Below, in pieces: positions 56,244 to 64,000 of a stretch of DNA of 64,000 bases. The notes under the pieces were generated by a model. That model did not search any database and was not told where the DNA came from. It saw only the letters and a list, made by a program, of their open reading frames with translations. This DNA is from an uncultured Actinomycetota bacterium (lineage in GTDB: Bacteria; Actinomycetota; Actinomycetes; Mycobacteriales; SCTD01): NCBI GenBank assembly GCA_963726975.1, contig CAVSEK010000006.1, positions 8,725 to 72,724 on the forward strand, in the 5' to 3' direction. Numbering within the stretch: the stretch's first letter is position 1; each line of letters begins with the position of its first letter. Position numbers and translations under genes: made by a program.

Positions 56244-57750
56244 TTGCCCTGGACCTGCCGCAGCGCCGCCACGGCGCTCACCCTCGCCCTCCTGGCGGGC
56301 GGGCTGCTGCCCGTCGCCAGCGCCTCCGCCGAGGAGGCGCCCCTGGGCTACGCCGACACCGACAAGGGCGCTCTGGCCCACATCGCGCAGACCGTCGGCG
56401 CGACGGACTCCTTCCGCGCCGGCCTCACCGGCAAGGGCATCGGCGTCGCCCTCGTCGACACCGGCGTCAGCGAGGTGCCCGGCCTCGACACCGGCAACGT
56501 CTGGCACGGCCCCGACCTGTCCTTCGACAGCCAGGACCCCGAGCTGGCCCACCGCGACGCGTACGGCCACGGCACCCACCTGGCGTCGATCATCGCCGGG
56601 CGGGACGCGGTCTCGGCACCGGCCGACTACGCCTCCTCCGGCCGCTTCGCCGGGATCGCGCCGGACAGCACCCTCGTCGAGCGTCAAGGTGGGCGCGCAG
56701 GACGGCGCCGTCGACGTCAGCCAGGTCATCGCTGCGGTCAACTGGGTCGTCGAGCACAAGGACGACGGCCCCGTGCCGATCCGGGTGATCAACCTGTCGT
56801 ACGGCACCGACTCCACGCAGGACACCCGGCTCGACCCGCTGGTCTTCGCGGTGGAGAACGCCTGGCGCAACGGCCTCGTCGTGGTCGTCGCCGGGGGCAA
56901 CGACGGGTCCGCCGAGTACACCCTGGCCAACCCCGCCCGCAGCCCGTACGTGCTGGCCGTCGGCGCGGAGGACACCCGAGGCACCACCAGTGCCGTCGAC
57001 GACCTCGTCCCCGGCTGGGCCAGCCGGGGCACCAACGACCGGCACGTCGACGTCGTCGCCCCCGGCGTCTCGGTGCTCGGCCTGCGCGTGCCCGGCGGCT
57101 ACGCCGACGAGCGCCACCCGGACGCCCGGGTGGGCGGCCGCTTCGCCCGCGCGTCCGGGACCTCGCAGGCGGCCGCCGTCGTCAGCGGCGAGGTCGCCCT
57201 GCTGCTGCAGGCCAACCCCAGGCTCACCCCGGACCAGGTCAAGCGGCAGCTCATGACGACGTCGACGGCCTTCGAGTCGGCGAGCAACCAGTACCGGGGC
57301 AACGGCCTGAGCTCGGCGCGGCGCGCCCAGCTCAAGGACGTCACGAGCACCAAGCAGCCGTCGAGCTTCTTCAGCACCGGGCTCGGCAGCCTGGAGGCCG
57401 CACGCGGGAGCTCGCACGTCACCGACGGGACGAGCACCCTGTCCGGGGAGCGCGACGTCTTCGGGGTCGCCTGGAACCCGAAGACCTACGCGACGACGAC
57501 GAACAACGGGACCGTGTGGCAGGGCGGCACCTGGCGCGGGCAGCTGTGGACCGGCACCGGCTGGGCCGGCCGCTCCTGGGTCGTCGCCGACTGGACGACC
57601 GGCACCTGGTCAGGACGCTCCTGGCGCGACGAGGCCTGGACCGGGCGGTCCTGGGTCAGCGGGTCCTGGGAGGGCCGCTCCTGGCGCGACGCCACGTGGT
57701 CCGGCCGGTCCTGGCGCTCGGCCGACCTCGCCTCGGCGAGCTGGAGCTGA
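56244..57750 (+). pseudogene. S8 family subtilisin-like serine peptidase 1 with a C-terminal Trp-pentad repeat; one frameshift near 56680
   Basis: TTG 56244 (tentative) plus the signal peptide TALTLALLAGGLLPVASASA. Asp (GVALVDTGV) and His (HGTHLASII) are in the frame of ORF 55704..59561. From VKVGAQDG... through GTSQAAA (Ser) and the W-repeat, the sequence is in ORF 56689..57750. Confidence 0.85.
57516..57747 (+). repeat. coding repeat: 14 consecutive pentads with Trp at every 5th residue (subtilase 1 C-terminus)
   Basis: W-QGGT-W-RGQL-W-TGTG-W-AGRS-W-VVAD-W-TTGT-W-SGRS-W-RDEA-W-TGRS-W-VSGS-W-EGRS-W-RDAT-W-SGRS-W. Confidence 0.9.
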
Positions 57751-57755
57751 TCGCC

Positions 57756-59561
57756 GTGGACCTGCGACCCACCTCGCCGCGCCGCCTGCGCGCCTGCGCG
57801 GCCGTGCTCGCCCCGGCCGCCCTGCTCGCCGTGCTCGGCGGTGCCGCACCGGCCGGCGCGGCCGCCGTGCCCGCCGCTCTGCCCGCCGCTCTGCCCGCCG
57901 CTCTGCCCGCTGCTCTGCCCCCCGCTGTCCCCGCCGCGGGCCGCTTCGTCGTCGCCACCGGCGAGGGCGAGCTCCCCGCCGTGCTGCGGGACCTGCAGCG
58001 CGGCGGCGCCACCGTCGAGCGCGAGATGCCGGGGGTCGACACCGCGGTCGTCCGGGCCGGCGCCGACCTGCCCGCCCGCCTCGCCCGGGACCCGCGGGTC
58101 CGCTCGGTGACCGCCGACGGGGGGGTCCGCCTGCTCGCCGACACGTGGCGGGCCGGGGGCGACAGCAACAGCGTCTACACCGCCAACGGCACCATCGGCG
58201 CCAGCTCCCGCTGGGCCCAGGGGATCACGGGCAAGGGGGTCGACGTCGCCGTGCTGGACTCCGGCGTGGCGCCGGTCGAGGGCCTCAAGACCCCCGGCAA
58301 GCTGGTGCACGGACCCGACCTGTCCTTCGACAGCCAGGACCCGGGCACCGCCCACCTCGACGGCTTCGGCCACGGCACCCACATGGCGGGGATCATCGCC
58401 GGGCGCGACACCGGGGCGACGCTCACCAACGGTGACGACTTCGTGGGCGTCGCGCCGGACGCCCGGATCGTCGACGTCAAGGTCGCCGACGCGTTCGGCA
58501 ACGCCGACGTCTCGCAGATCATCGCGGGCATCGACTGGGTGGTGCAGCACCGCGCCAGCGACGGGCTGAACATCCGGGTGCTCAACCTCTCGCTGGGCCT
58601 GCCCTCGAGGCAGGACGTCTCGCTCGACCCGCTCGCGCACGCGGCCGAGCAGGCGTGGCACAAGGGCATCGTCGTCGTCGCCTCGGTGGGCAACGACGGC
58701 ACCGGCACCGGGCAGCTGCTCGAGCCGGCCCGCGACCCCTACGTCATCGCGGTCGGGGCGGACGACAGCAACGGGACCAACCGGACCGACGACGACGTCG
58801 TCCCGGCGTTCTCCACCCGCGGGGACGGCCTGCGCAACCCCGACCTGGTCGCGCCGGGCGTGGCCGTGCCCTCCCTGCGCGTGCCCGGCTCCTACCTCGA
58901 CCAGCAGAGCCCGCCGACCGGGGCCGTCCCCGACCGCTTCCTGCGCGGCAGCGGCACCTCGCAGGCGGCGGCGTTCGTCTCCGGCGGCGTGGCGCTCCTG
59001 CTGCAGGCGCGCCCGCAGCTCACGCCCGACCAGGTCAAGCAGCTGCTCACGAGCACCACCCGCCGGCTGCCGGCCGCCGACGCGCAGGCCCAGGGCGCCG
59101 GGATCATGGACCTGCGCCGGACGACGTCCGCCGCGCCGACGGCGAAGAAGCAGTCGTTCGACAAGGCCAAGGGCAAGGGCTCCCTGGACGCGGCCCGCGG
59201 GGGCCTCTACGTCGAGGACCGGCTCGGCAACGCCCTGCGCGGGGAGCGCGACGTCTTCGGCAGGACCGTCGACGGCGCCGGTCTGGCCCTCAGCACCGAG
59301 ACCGCCAGCACCTGGAGCGGCGGCACCTGGAACGGCAGCACCTGGACGGGCACGGGCTTCTCCGGCGGCACCTGGGACGCCGTCCGCTGGTCGGGCACCG
59401 ACTGGACCGGCGCGCTCTGGTCGCAGCGGGTCACGGCCGGGCGCTCCTGGGCCGGCGGCACCTGGGACGGCCGGTCGTGGGCCGGCGGCTACTGGTCCGG
59501 GCGGTCCTGGGCGGGCCGGTCCTGGGCCGGCAGCTCCTGGGCCAGCGCCTCCTGGCAGTAG
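57756..59561 (+). CDS. S8 family subtilisin-like serine peptidase 2 with an I9 propeptide and a C-terminal Trp-pentad repeat
   Basis: GTG 57756 lies 5 nt after the peptidase 1 stop. Signal peptide, (AALP)n, an I9-like propeptide ([17 protein letters not shown]...), then Asp (VAVLDSGV), His (HGTHMAGII) and Ser (GTSQAAA). Intact in the frame of ORF 55704..59561. Confidence 0.9.
   Translation: MDLRPTSPRRLRACAAVLAPAALLAVLGGAAPAGAAAVPAALPAALPAALPAALPPAVPAAGRFVVATGEGELPAVLRDLQRGGATVEREMPGVDTAVVRAGADLPARLARDPRVRSVTADGGVRLLADTWRAGGDSNSVYTANGTIGASSRWAQGITGKGVDVAVLDSGVAPVEGLKTPGKLVHGPDLSFDSQDPGTAHLDGFGHGTHMAGIIAGRDTGATLTNGDDFVGVAPDARIVDVKVADAFGNADVSQIIAGIDWVVQHRASDGLNIRVLNLSLGLPSRQDVSLDPLAHAAEQAWHKGIVVVASVGNDGTGTGQLLEPARDPYVIAVGADDSNGTNRTDDDVVPAFSTRGDGLRNPDLVAPGVAVPSLRVPGSYLDQQSPPTGAVPDRFLRGSGTSQAAAFVSGGVALLLQARPQLTPDQVKQLLTSTTRRLPAADAQAQGAGIMDLRRTTSAAPTAKKQSFDKAKGKGSLDAARGGLYVEDRLGNALRGERDVFGRTVDGAGLALSTETASTWSGGTWNGSTWTGTGFSGGTWDAVRWSGTDWTGALWSQRVTAGRSWAGGTWDGRSWAGGYWSGRSWAGRSWAGSSWASASWQ
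57869..57928 (+). repeat. 12-bp tandem repeat gcccgccgctct x about 5, encoding (AALP)n after the signal peptide of subtilase 2
   Basis: Units at 57869, 57881, 57893 and 57905 (one substitution), and a degenerate unit at 57917. The protein reads [27 protein letters not shown]. Confidence 0.9.
59313..59558 (+). repeat. coding repeat: about 16 pentads with Trp (once Phe) at every 5th residue (subtilase 2 C-terminus)
   Basis: [36 protein letters not shown]-(SQRVTAGRS)[37 protein letters not shown]. Confidence 0.9.
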
Positions 59562-59575
59562 GGCCCGGGAGCTCC

Positions 59576-62176
59576 GTGCCCGGCGACGTCGACCCGTACG
59601 GGGCTCAGGTCTCCCTCCCGCAGGTCGATCACCTCGGGGTGACCCTCCCGCCGCCGCCCGGTCCCGGGCGGCGGCCGGAGGTCGGGGTCGTCCTCGTGAC
59701 CGCCGTCCTGCTCGCCGTCGCGGCCGGACCGCTCGGCGCCCTGCACGGCACCGGCCCCCTCCTGCGGGGGGTGCCGGTGCCGTGGTGGGCGGCCGCCGCG
59801 GCCTTCGCCGTCGCCGAGTCGGTCGTCATGCACGTGCAGTCCCGGCGCGAGGCCTCGGCGATCAGCCTGTCCGAGCTCCCGCTGGTCCTGTGCCTGTTCT
59901 TCGCCGCACCGGTCGCGGCCGTCCTCGGCCGGGCCGTGGGCATGACCGCCGCCACGGTGCTGCTGCGGCGCAGCTCGGCGCTCAAGGCCCTGTTCAACAC
60001 CGCCCTCGTGGTCGCCGAGACGAGCGTGGCCGTGCTCGTCTTCCGGGCCGCGGCCCGGGCGCTGCCGGGCGCGACCGACGGGCTCGGGCCGCGGGCGTGG
60101 GCGGCGGCGGTGCTCGGCGTCGCGGCCGAGCTGCTGGTGGCCCTGACCGCGATCACCTCGGTCATCGCCCTCTACGAGGGCCGGCCGTCGGCGCGGCACG
60201 TCGCGCGCGAGGCCCGCGACCAGCTGCTGCTGTCGGGCATGACCGCGGTGGTCGCCCTCGTCGCGGTGGCCAGCCTCGTGCAGGACGCCCGCAACGGCCT
60301 GCTGCTCGCCGCCGCCGCCGGGGTCGTCCTGCTGGCCTACCGCACGTACGCCGCGCTCTTCGACCGCCACCTGAGCCTGGAGCGGATGTACGGCTTCAGC
60401 CAGGTCGTGAGCCGCAGCCCCGAGGTCGACGACGTGCTGCGCAGCGTGCTGCTGGAGGCGCAGCAGATCCTGCGCGCCGAGCAGGCCGAGGTGGTCGTGC
60501 AGTCCGGCCGCGCCCAGGCGGCGGTCCTCGTGCGGCTGGCGCCGGACGGCTCGCTCACCCGCTGCCCGCAGGACCAGCCCGACGACCCGTGGCTCACCGA
60601 GCGGCTGCTCCGCGCCGGCCGGGCGGCGCTGCTGCCCCGCGGCACGCGCGACCCGAGCGCGCGGCGGGCGCTGGACCGGCGCGGCTGGCGCGAGGCCATC
60701 CTCGTGCCGCTGCACGGCGGCTCCGGGGTCTTCGGGACCCTCGCGGTCGCCGACCGCATGGGCGAGGTCCGCGCCTTCGACGAGCAGGACGTCCTGCTGC
60801 TCGAGACGATCGCCAACCACGCCTCGGTCGCCGTGCAGAACGGCCGGCTCATCGACACGCTGCGGCACGACGCGCTGCACGACAGCCTGACCGGGCTGCC
60901 CAACCGCCTGCTGCTGCGGCAGCTCGTGGAGAGCGCCCTCGCCACCGCCACCCCCACGCACGCCGTCGCCGTCATGGTCCTCGACCTCGACGGCTTCAAG
61001 GACGTCAACGACACGCTCGGCCACCAGCGCGGCGACGACCTGCTCGTGGAGGTGGCCGCCCGGCTCACCAGCGCGGTCGGGCGGGCCGGCACGGTGGCCC
61101 GGCTCGGCGGCGACGAGTTCGCGGTCCTGCTGCCCGCCTGTCCCGACGAGGAGGCCGCGACGAGGGCAGCTCGGCGGGCGCTCTCGTCGTTCGCGCTGCC
61201 GTTCGACCTCGACGGCACCGTCGTCGAGATCGGCGCCTCCCTGGGCCTCGCGCTGTCGCCCGAGCACGGGACGGACGTCTCGACCCTGCTCAAGAAGGCC
61301 GACGTGGCGATGTACGACGCGAAGTCCACCACCGGCGGGCTGCGGCTGTACGACCCGGGGCTCGACGCCAGCTCCGAGCGCCGCCTCGTCCTCGTCGCCG
61401 AGCTGCGGGCCGCCCTGCACGCGGGGGACGTCACCGTGCACGTCCAGCCGCAGGCCGACCTGCGCACGGGCGAGGTGCGCAGCGTGGAGGCGCTGGCCCG
61501 CTGGACCCACCCCCACCTCGGGTCGGTGCGGCCCGACGAGTTCGTCGCCGTCGCCGAGCGCAGCGGCCTGATCGGCGCGCTGACGACCGCCGTCCTCGAG
61601 CAGTCCCTGACCGCCTGCGCGGCGTGGCGCCGGGCGGGCCTGGACCTCGCCGTCGCGGTGAACCTGTCGACCCGCAGCCTGCTGGACGTCGACGTCGTCG
61701 ACGAGGTCCGCCGGCTGCTCCGGCGGCACGGCCTGCCGGGCAGCGCGCTCACCCTGGAGGTCACCGAGAGCGGCGTCATGGCCGACCCGGGACGCGCCGT
61801 CGCGCTGCTGCTGCAGCTGCGCGAGCTCGGGGTGCGGCTGTCCATCGACGACTTCGGGACCGGCTACTCCTCCCTGGCCTACCTCAAGCGGTTGCCGGTG
61901 CACGAGGTCAAGATCGACAAGAGCTTCGTCCTGGAGATGGACGACGAGGGCGAGGACGGCGCCATCGTCCGCAGCATCGTCGACCTCGGCCACCACCTCG
62001 GGCTCGACGTGGTCGCCGAGGGGGTGGAGTCGGCCGGGGCCTGGGAGCGGCTGCGCGATCTGGGCTGCACGACCGCGCAGGGCTGGTACCTGGCCCGCCC
62101 CATGCCGCTGGCGGACCTGCCCGCCTGGCTCGCCGCCCGCCCGGCAGGCGCGACGCGGCTCGCCGCCGCAGGCTGA
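59576..62176 (+). CDS. membrane-bound GAF-GGDEF-EAL protein (putative bifunctional diguanylate cyclase/phosphodiesterase)
   Basis: GTG 59576 lies 14 nt after the subtilase 2 stop, with GGGAG upstream. About 6 TM helices, a GAF-like segment, an intact [11 protein letters not shown], and EAL motifs ([22 protein letters not shown]). This is the 3' 866 codons of ORF 58655..62176. Confidence 0.9.
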   Translation: MPGDVDPYGAQVSLPQVDHLGVTLPPPPGPGRRPEVGVVLVTAVLLAVAAGPLGALHGTGPLLRGVPVPWWAAAAAFAVAESVVMHVQSRREASAISLSELPLVLCLFFAAPVAAVLGRAVGMTAATVLLRRSSALKALFNTALVVAETSVAVLVFRAAARALPGATDGLGPRAWAAAVLGVAAELLVALTAITSVIALYEGRPSARHVAREARDQLLLSGMTAVVALVAVASLVQDARNGLLLAAAAGVVLLAYRTYAALFDRHLSLERMYGFSQVVSRSPEVDDVLRSVLLEAQQILRAEQAEVVVQSGRAQAAVLVRLAPDGSLTRCPQDQPDDPWLTERLLRAGRAALLPRGTRDPSARRALDRRGWREAILVPLHGGSGVFGTLAVADRMGEVRAFDEQDVLLLETIANHASVAVQNGRLIDTLRHDALHDSLTGLPNRLLLRQLVESALATATPTHAVAVMVLDLDGFKDVNDTLGHQRGDDLLVEVAARLTSAVGRAGTVARLGGDEFAVLLPACPDEEAATRAARRALSSFALPFDLDGTVVEIGASLGLALSPEHGTDVSTLLKKADVAMYDAKSTTGGLRLYDPGLDASSERRLVLVAELRAALHAGDVTVHVQPQADLRTGEVRSVEALARWTHPHLGSVRPDEFVAVAERSGLIGALTTAVLEQSLTACAAWRRAGLDLAVAVNLSTRSLLDVDVVDEVRRLLRRHGLPGSALTLEVTESGVMADPGRAVALLLQLRELGVRLSIDDFGTGYSSLAYLKRLPVHEVKIDKSFVLEMDDEGEDGAIVRSIVDLGHHLGLDVVAEGVESAGAWERLRDLGCTTAQGWYLARPMPLADLPAWLAARPAGATRLAAAG

Positions 62177-62179
62177 GCG

Positions 62180-62207
62180 CCGCGGCGCCGCTCCACAGCG
62201 GCCGCGG
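62180..62207 (+). terminator. imperfect GC hairpin after the GGDEF-EAL gene
   Basis: ccgcg(gc)gccgct-ccac-agcggccgcgg forms 6-bp plus 5-bp stems with a 2-nt bulge, starting 4 nt after the stop. Confidence 0.4.
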
Positions 62208-62293
62208 TTACCCGGCAGTAGCGCTCGGTGCGCAGGTCGTACGCTGCAGCGGGGCGCCGCGCTGCCCGCTGCCCCCGTACCTGGAGGACCTCC

Positions 62294-64000
62294 GTGGACA
62301 CCCACATGCTCGTGCGCCTCGTCGTCGGCCTGACCACCATCGTGGTCGCGCTCGCCGTCGCCGGACGGCGCGTCTTCTTCCTCTACCGGATGGTGGCGGC
62401 CGGTCAGCCGAGCCCCGGCCGGCTCGACGACGCCCCCCAGCGCCTGCTCTCGCAGATCACCGAGGTGTTCGGCCAGAAGCGGCTGCTCAAGTGGAGCGTC
62501 CCCGGCCTCGCGCACTTCTTCGTCTTCTGGGGCTTCATCGTCCTGATCTTCACGATCGTCGAGGCGGTCGGGGCGCTGTTCCAGGAGGACTTCGCCGTGC
62601 CGATCATCGGGCACACCCGCGCGCTGGGCTTCCTCGAGGACTTCTTCGGCGTCGCCGTCATGCTCGGCATCATCACCTTCGGCGATGCTGCGCGTGATCA
62701 ACAACCCGGCCACCCAGCGCCGCGACTCGCGGTTCTACGGCTCGCACACCGGCGCCGCCTGGGCCGTCCTCGTCCTGATCCTCCTCGTCGTCGTCACCCT
62801 GTTCGGCATCCGCGCCGCGCAGCTCAACACCGGCGTCAGCCCGTGGCAGGACACGCCGAAGGCGCCGTTCTTCTCGTACCTCATCTCGCTGGCGCTCGAG
62901 CCGCTCGGCACCGACGTCAACCGCGTCGTCGAGGACGTCATGGTCCTGGGGCAGATCGCGGTGGTCTTCGGGTTCCTCGTGCTGGTCACCTACTCCAAGC
63001 ACCTGCACATCTTCACGGCGCCGCTCAACGTGCTCACCAAGCGCATCCCGGAGCGCACGGCCCTGGGCGGCCTGCAGCCGATGATGAGCGGTGGCAAGGT
63101 CCTCGAGCTCGAGGAGGCCGACCCCGAGGTCGACACCTTCGGCGTCGCCAAGGTCGAGGACTTCACCTGGACCGCGATGCTCGACATGGCGACCTGCACC
63201 GAGTGCGGCCGCTGCCAGAGCCAGTGCCCGGCGTGGAACACCGGCAAGCCGCTGTCGCCCAAGCTGCTGATCATGAACCTGCGCGACCACCTGTTCGCCA
63301 AGGCGCCGTACGTCCTGGGCACGCGCACCGCGCCCGAGGACCACGTGCCGGACTTCCACGACGCCGGCACCGACGGCGGCCACCACGGCGTGCCGGAGTC
63401 GGGCTACGAGCGCGTGATGGGCACCAACGACGACCAGGCCACCCGCCCGCTCGTCGGCACCGCCGAGGAGGGCGGGGTCATCGACCCCGACGTCCTGTGG
63501 AGCTGCACGACCTGCGGCGCCTGCGTCGAGCAGTGCCCGGTCGACATCGAGCACGTCGACCACATCCTGGACATGCGCCGCTACCAGGTGCTGATCGAGA
63601 GCGCGTTCCCCAGCGAGGCCGGCGTGATGCTGCGCAACCTGGAGAACAAGGGCAACCCCTGGGGCCTGAACAACAACGCCCGTGAGGAGTGGACCGACGG
63701 CCTGCCCTTCGAGGTCCCCCGCGTCGAGGGCGAGATCCCCGAGGGCACCGAGTACCTGTTCTGGGTCGGCTGCGCCGGCGCGCTGGAGGACCGCAGCAAG
63801 AAGGTCACGCGCGCGTTCGCCGAGCTGCTGCACACCGCCGACGTGACGTTCGCCGTCCTCGGCGCCGGCGAGTCCTGCACCGGCGACCCGGCCCGCCGCC
63901 TGGGCAACGAGTTCGTCTTCCAGATGCTCGCCCAGCAGAACGTCGAGGTCCTCAACGAGGCCGGCGCGGGCCGCCCGGGCATGAAGATCGTCGCGACCTG
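62294..64000 (+). pseudogene. membrane-anchored (Fe-S)-binding oxidoreductase (HdrD/GlpC-like, Rv0338c-type); one frameshift near 62681; 3'-truncated by window edge
   Basis: GTG 62294 has GGAGGA 4 nt upstream. The TM N-part is in ORF 62228..63685 up to ...LGIITF. My own translation of the next frame gives AMLRVINNPATQRR...CTECGRCQSQCP...CTTCGACVEQCP...WVGCAGA...ESCTGDPARRLGNEF, which is open to base 64000. Confidence 0.82.

Noticed and set aside
56195-56788. Alternative GTG start (VDAVDGGDPSS...) for subtilase 1
   Set aside because: That frame lacks a signal peptide and any S8 motifs. The signal peptide and the Asp/His motifs are in the frame of ORF 55704..59561.
59489-62713. 1074-aa minus-strand ORF opposite the GGDEF-EAL gene
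   Set aside because: It is an antisense shadow ORF, and the plus-strand frame carries intact GGDEF and EAL motifs.

Overview
Very high-GC actinobacterial chromosomal segment (by eye >70% G+C, codon third positions almost all G/C). I saw no transposase, integrase, phage gene or CRISPR array. I can support about 55 protein-coding loci, two tRNA-Ser genes (GCU and UGA), three HspR-type operators, and several hairpin and repeat elements.

Landmarks, left to right:
- EamA transporter (5' partial), PaaI thioesterase, HtrA-like protease and pirin.
- sbcDC nuclease, WS/DGAT, GNAT, and a large secreted GH-like protein with five FN3 domains.
- tRNA-Ser(GCU).
- A beta-oxidation-like cluster: two SDRs, a thiolase and a family III CoA-transferase/racemase.
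- A GT-C membrane glycosyltransferase and an M15 peptidase.
- A DUF202 pair, then TetR, HxlR and LacI regulators, each next to a possible partner gene.
- An operon of a small TM peptide plus two PRC-barrel proteins, then a DUF4214 protein, MOSC/rhodanese and an NYN protein.
- tRNA-Ser(UGA).
- A ~1250-aa Big_2 repeat surface protein and a crcB pair.
- The heat-shock block dnaK-grpE-dnaJ-hspR-(marR)-clpB on the minus strand.
- An MprF-like/rhomboid-like/esterase cluster.
- Two tandem S8 subtilases followed by a GAF-GGDEF-EAL protein, then an Rv0338c-like Fe-S reductase (3' partial).

Major caveat: at least 16 genes have broken reading frames as sequenced, including dnaK and grpE. The breaks cluster in blocks, while other long genes (clpB, GGDEF-EAL, the FN3 protein) are clean. 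I read most of these as consensus indel errors rather than gene decay.

Most interesting observations:
- Trp-every-fifth-residue repeat modules at the C-termini of both subtilases.
- A ~47-nt complex palindrome present twice, once abutting the crcB Shine-Dalgarno and once as a clpB terminator-like hairpin.
- A pair of 53-bp hairpin repeats after the thiolase.
- 12-bp tandem repeats inside sbcC and inside subtilase 2.
- The translationally coupled small-TM/PRC/PRC operon.
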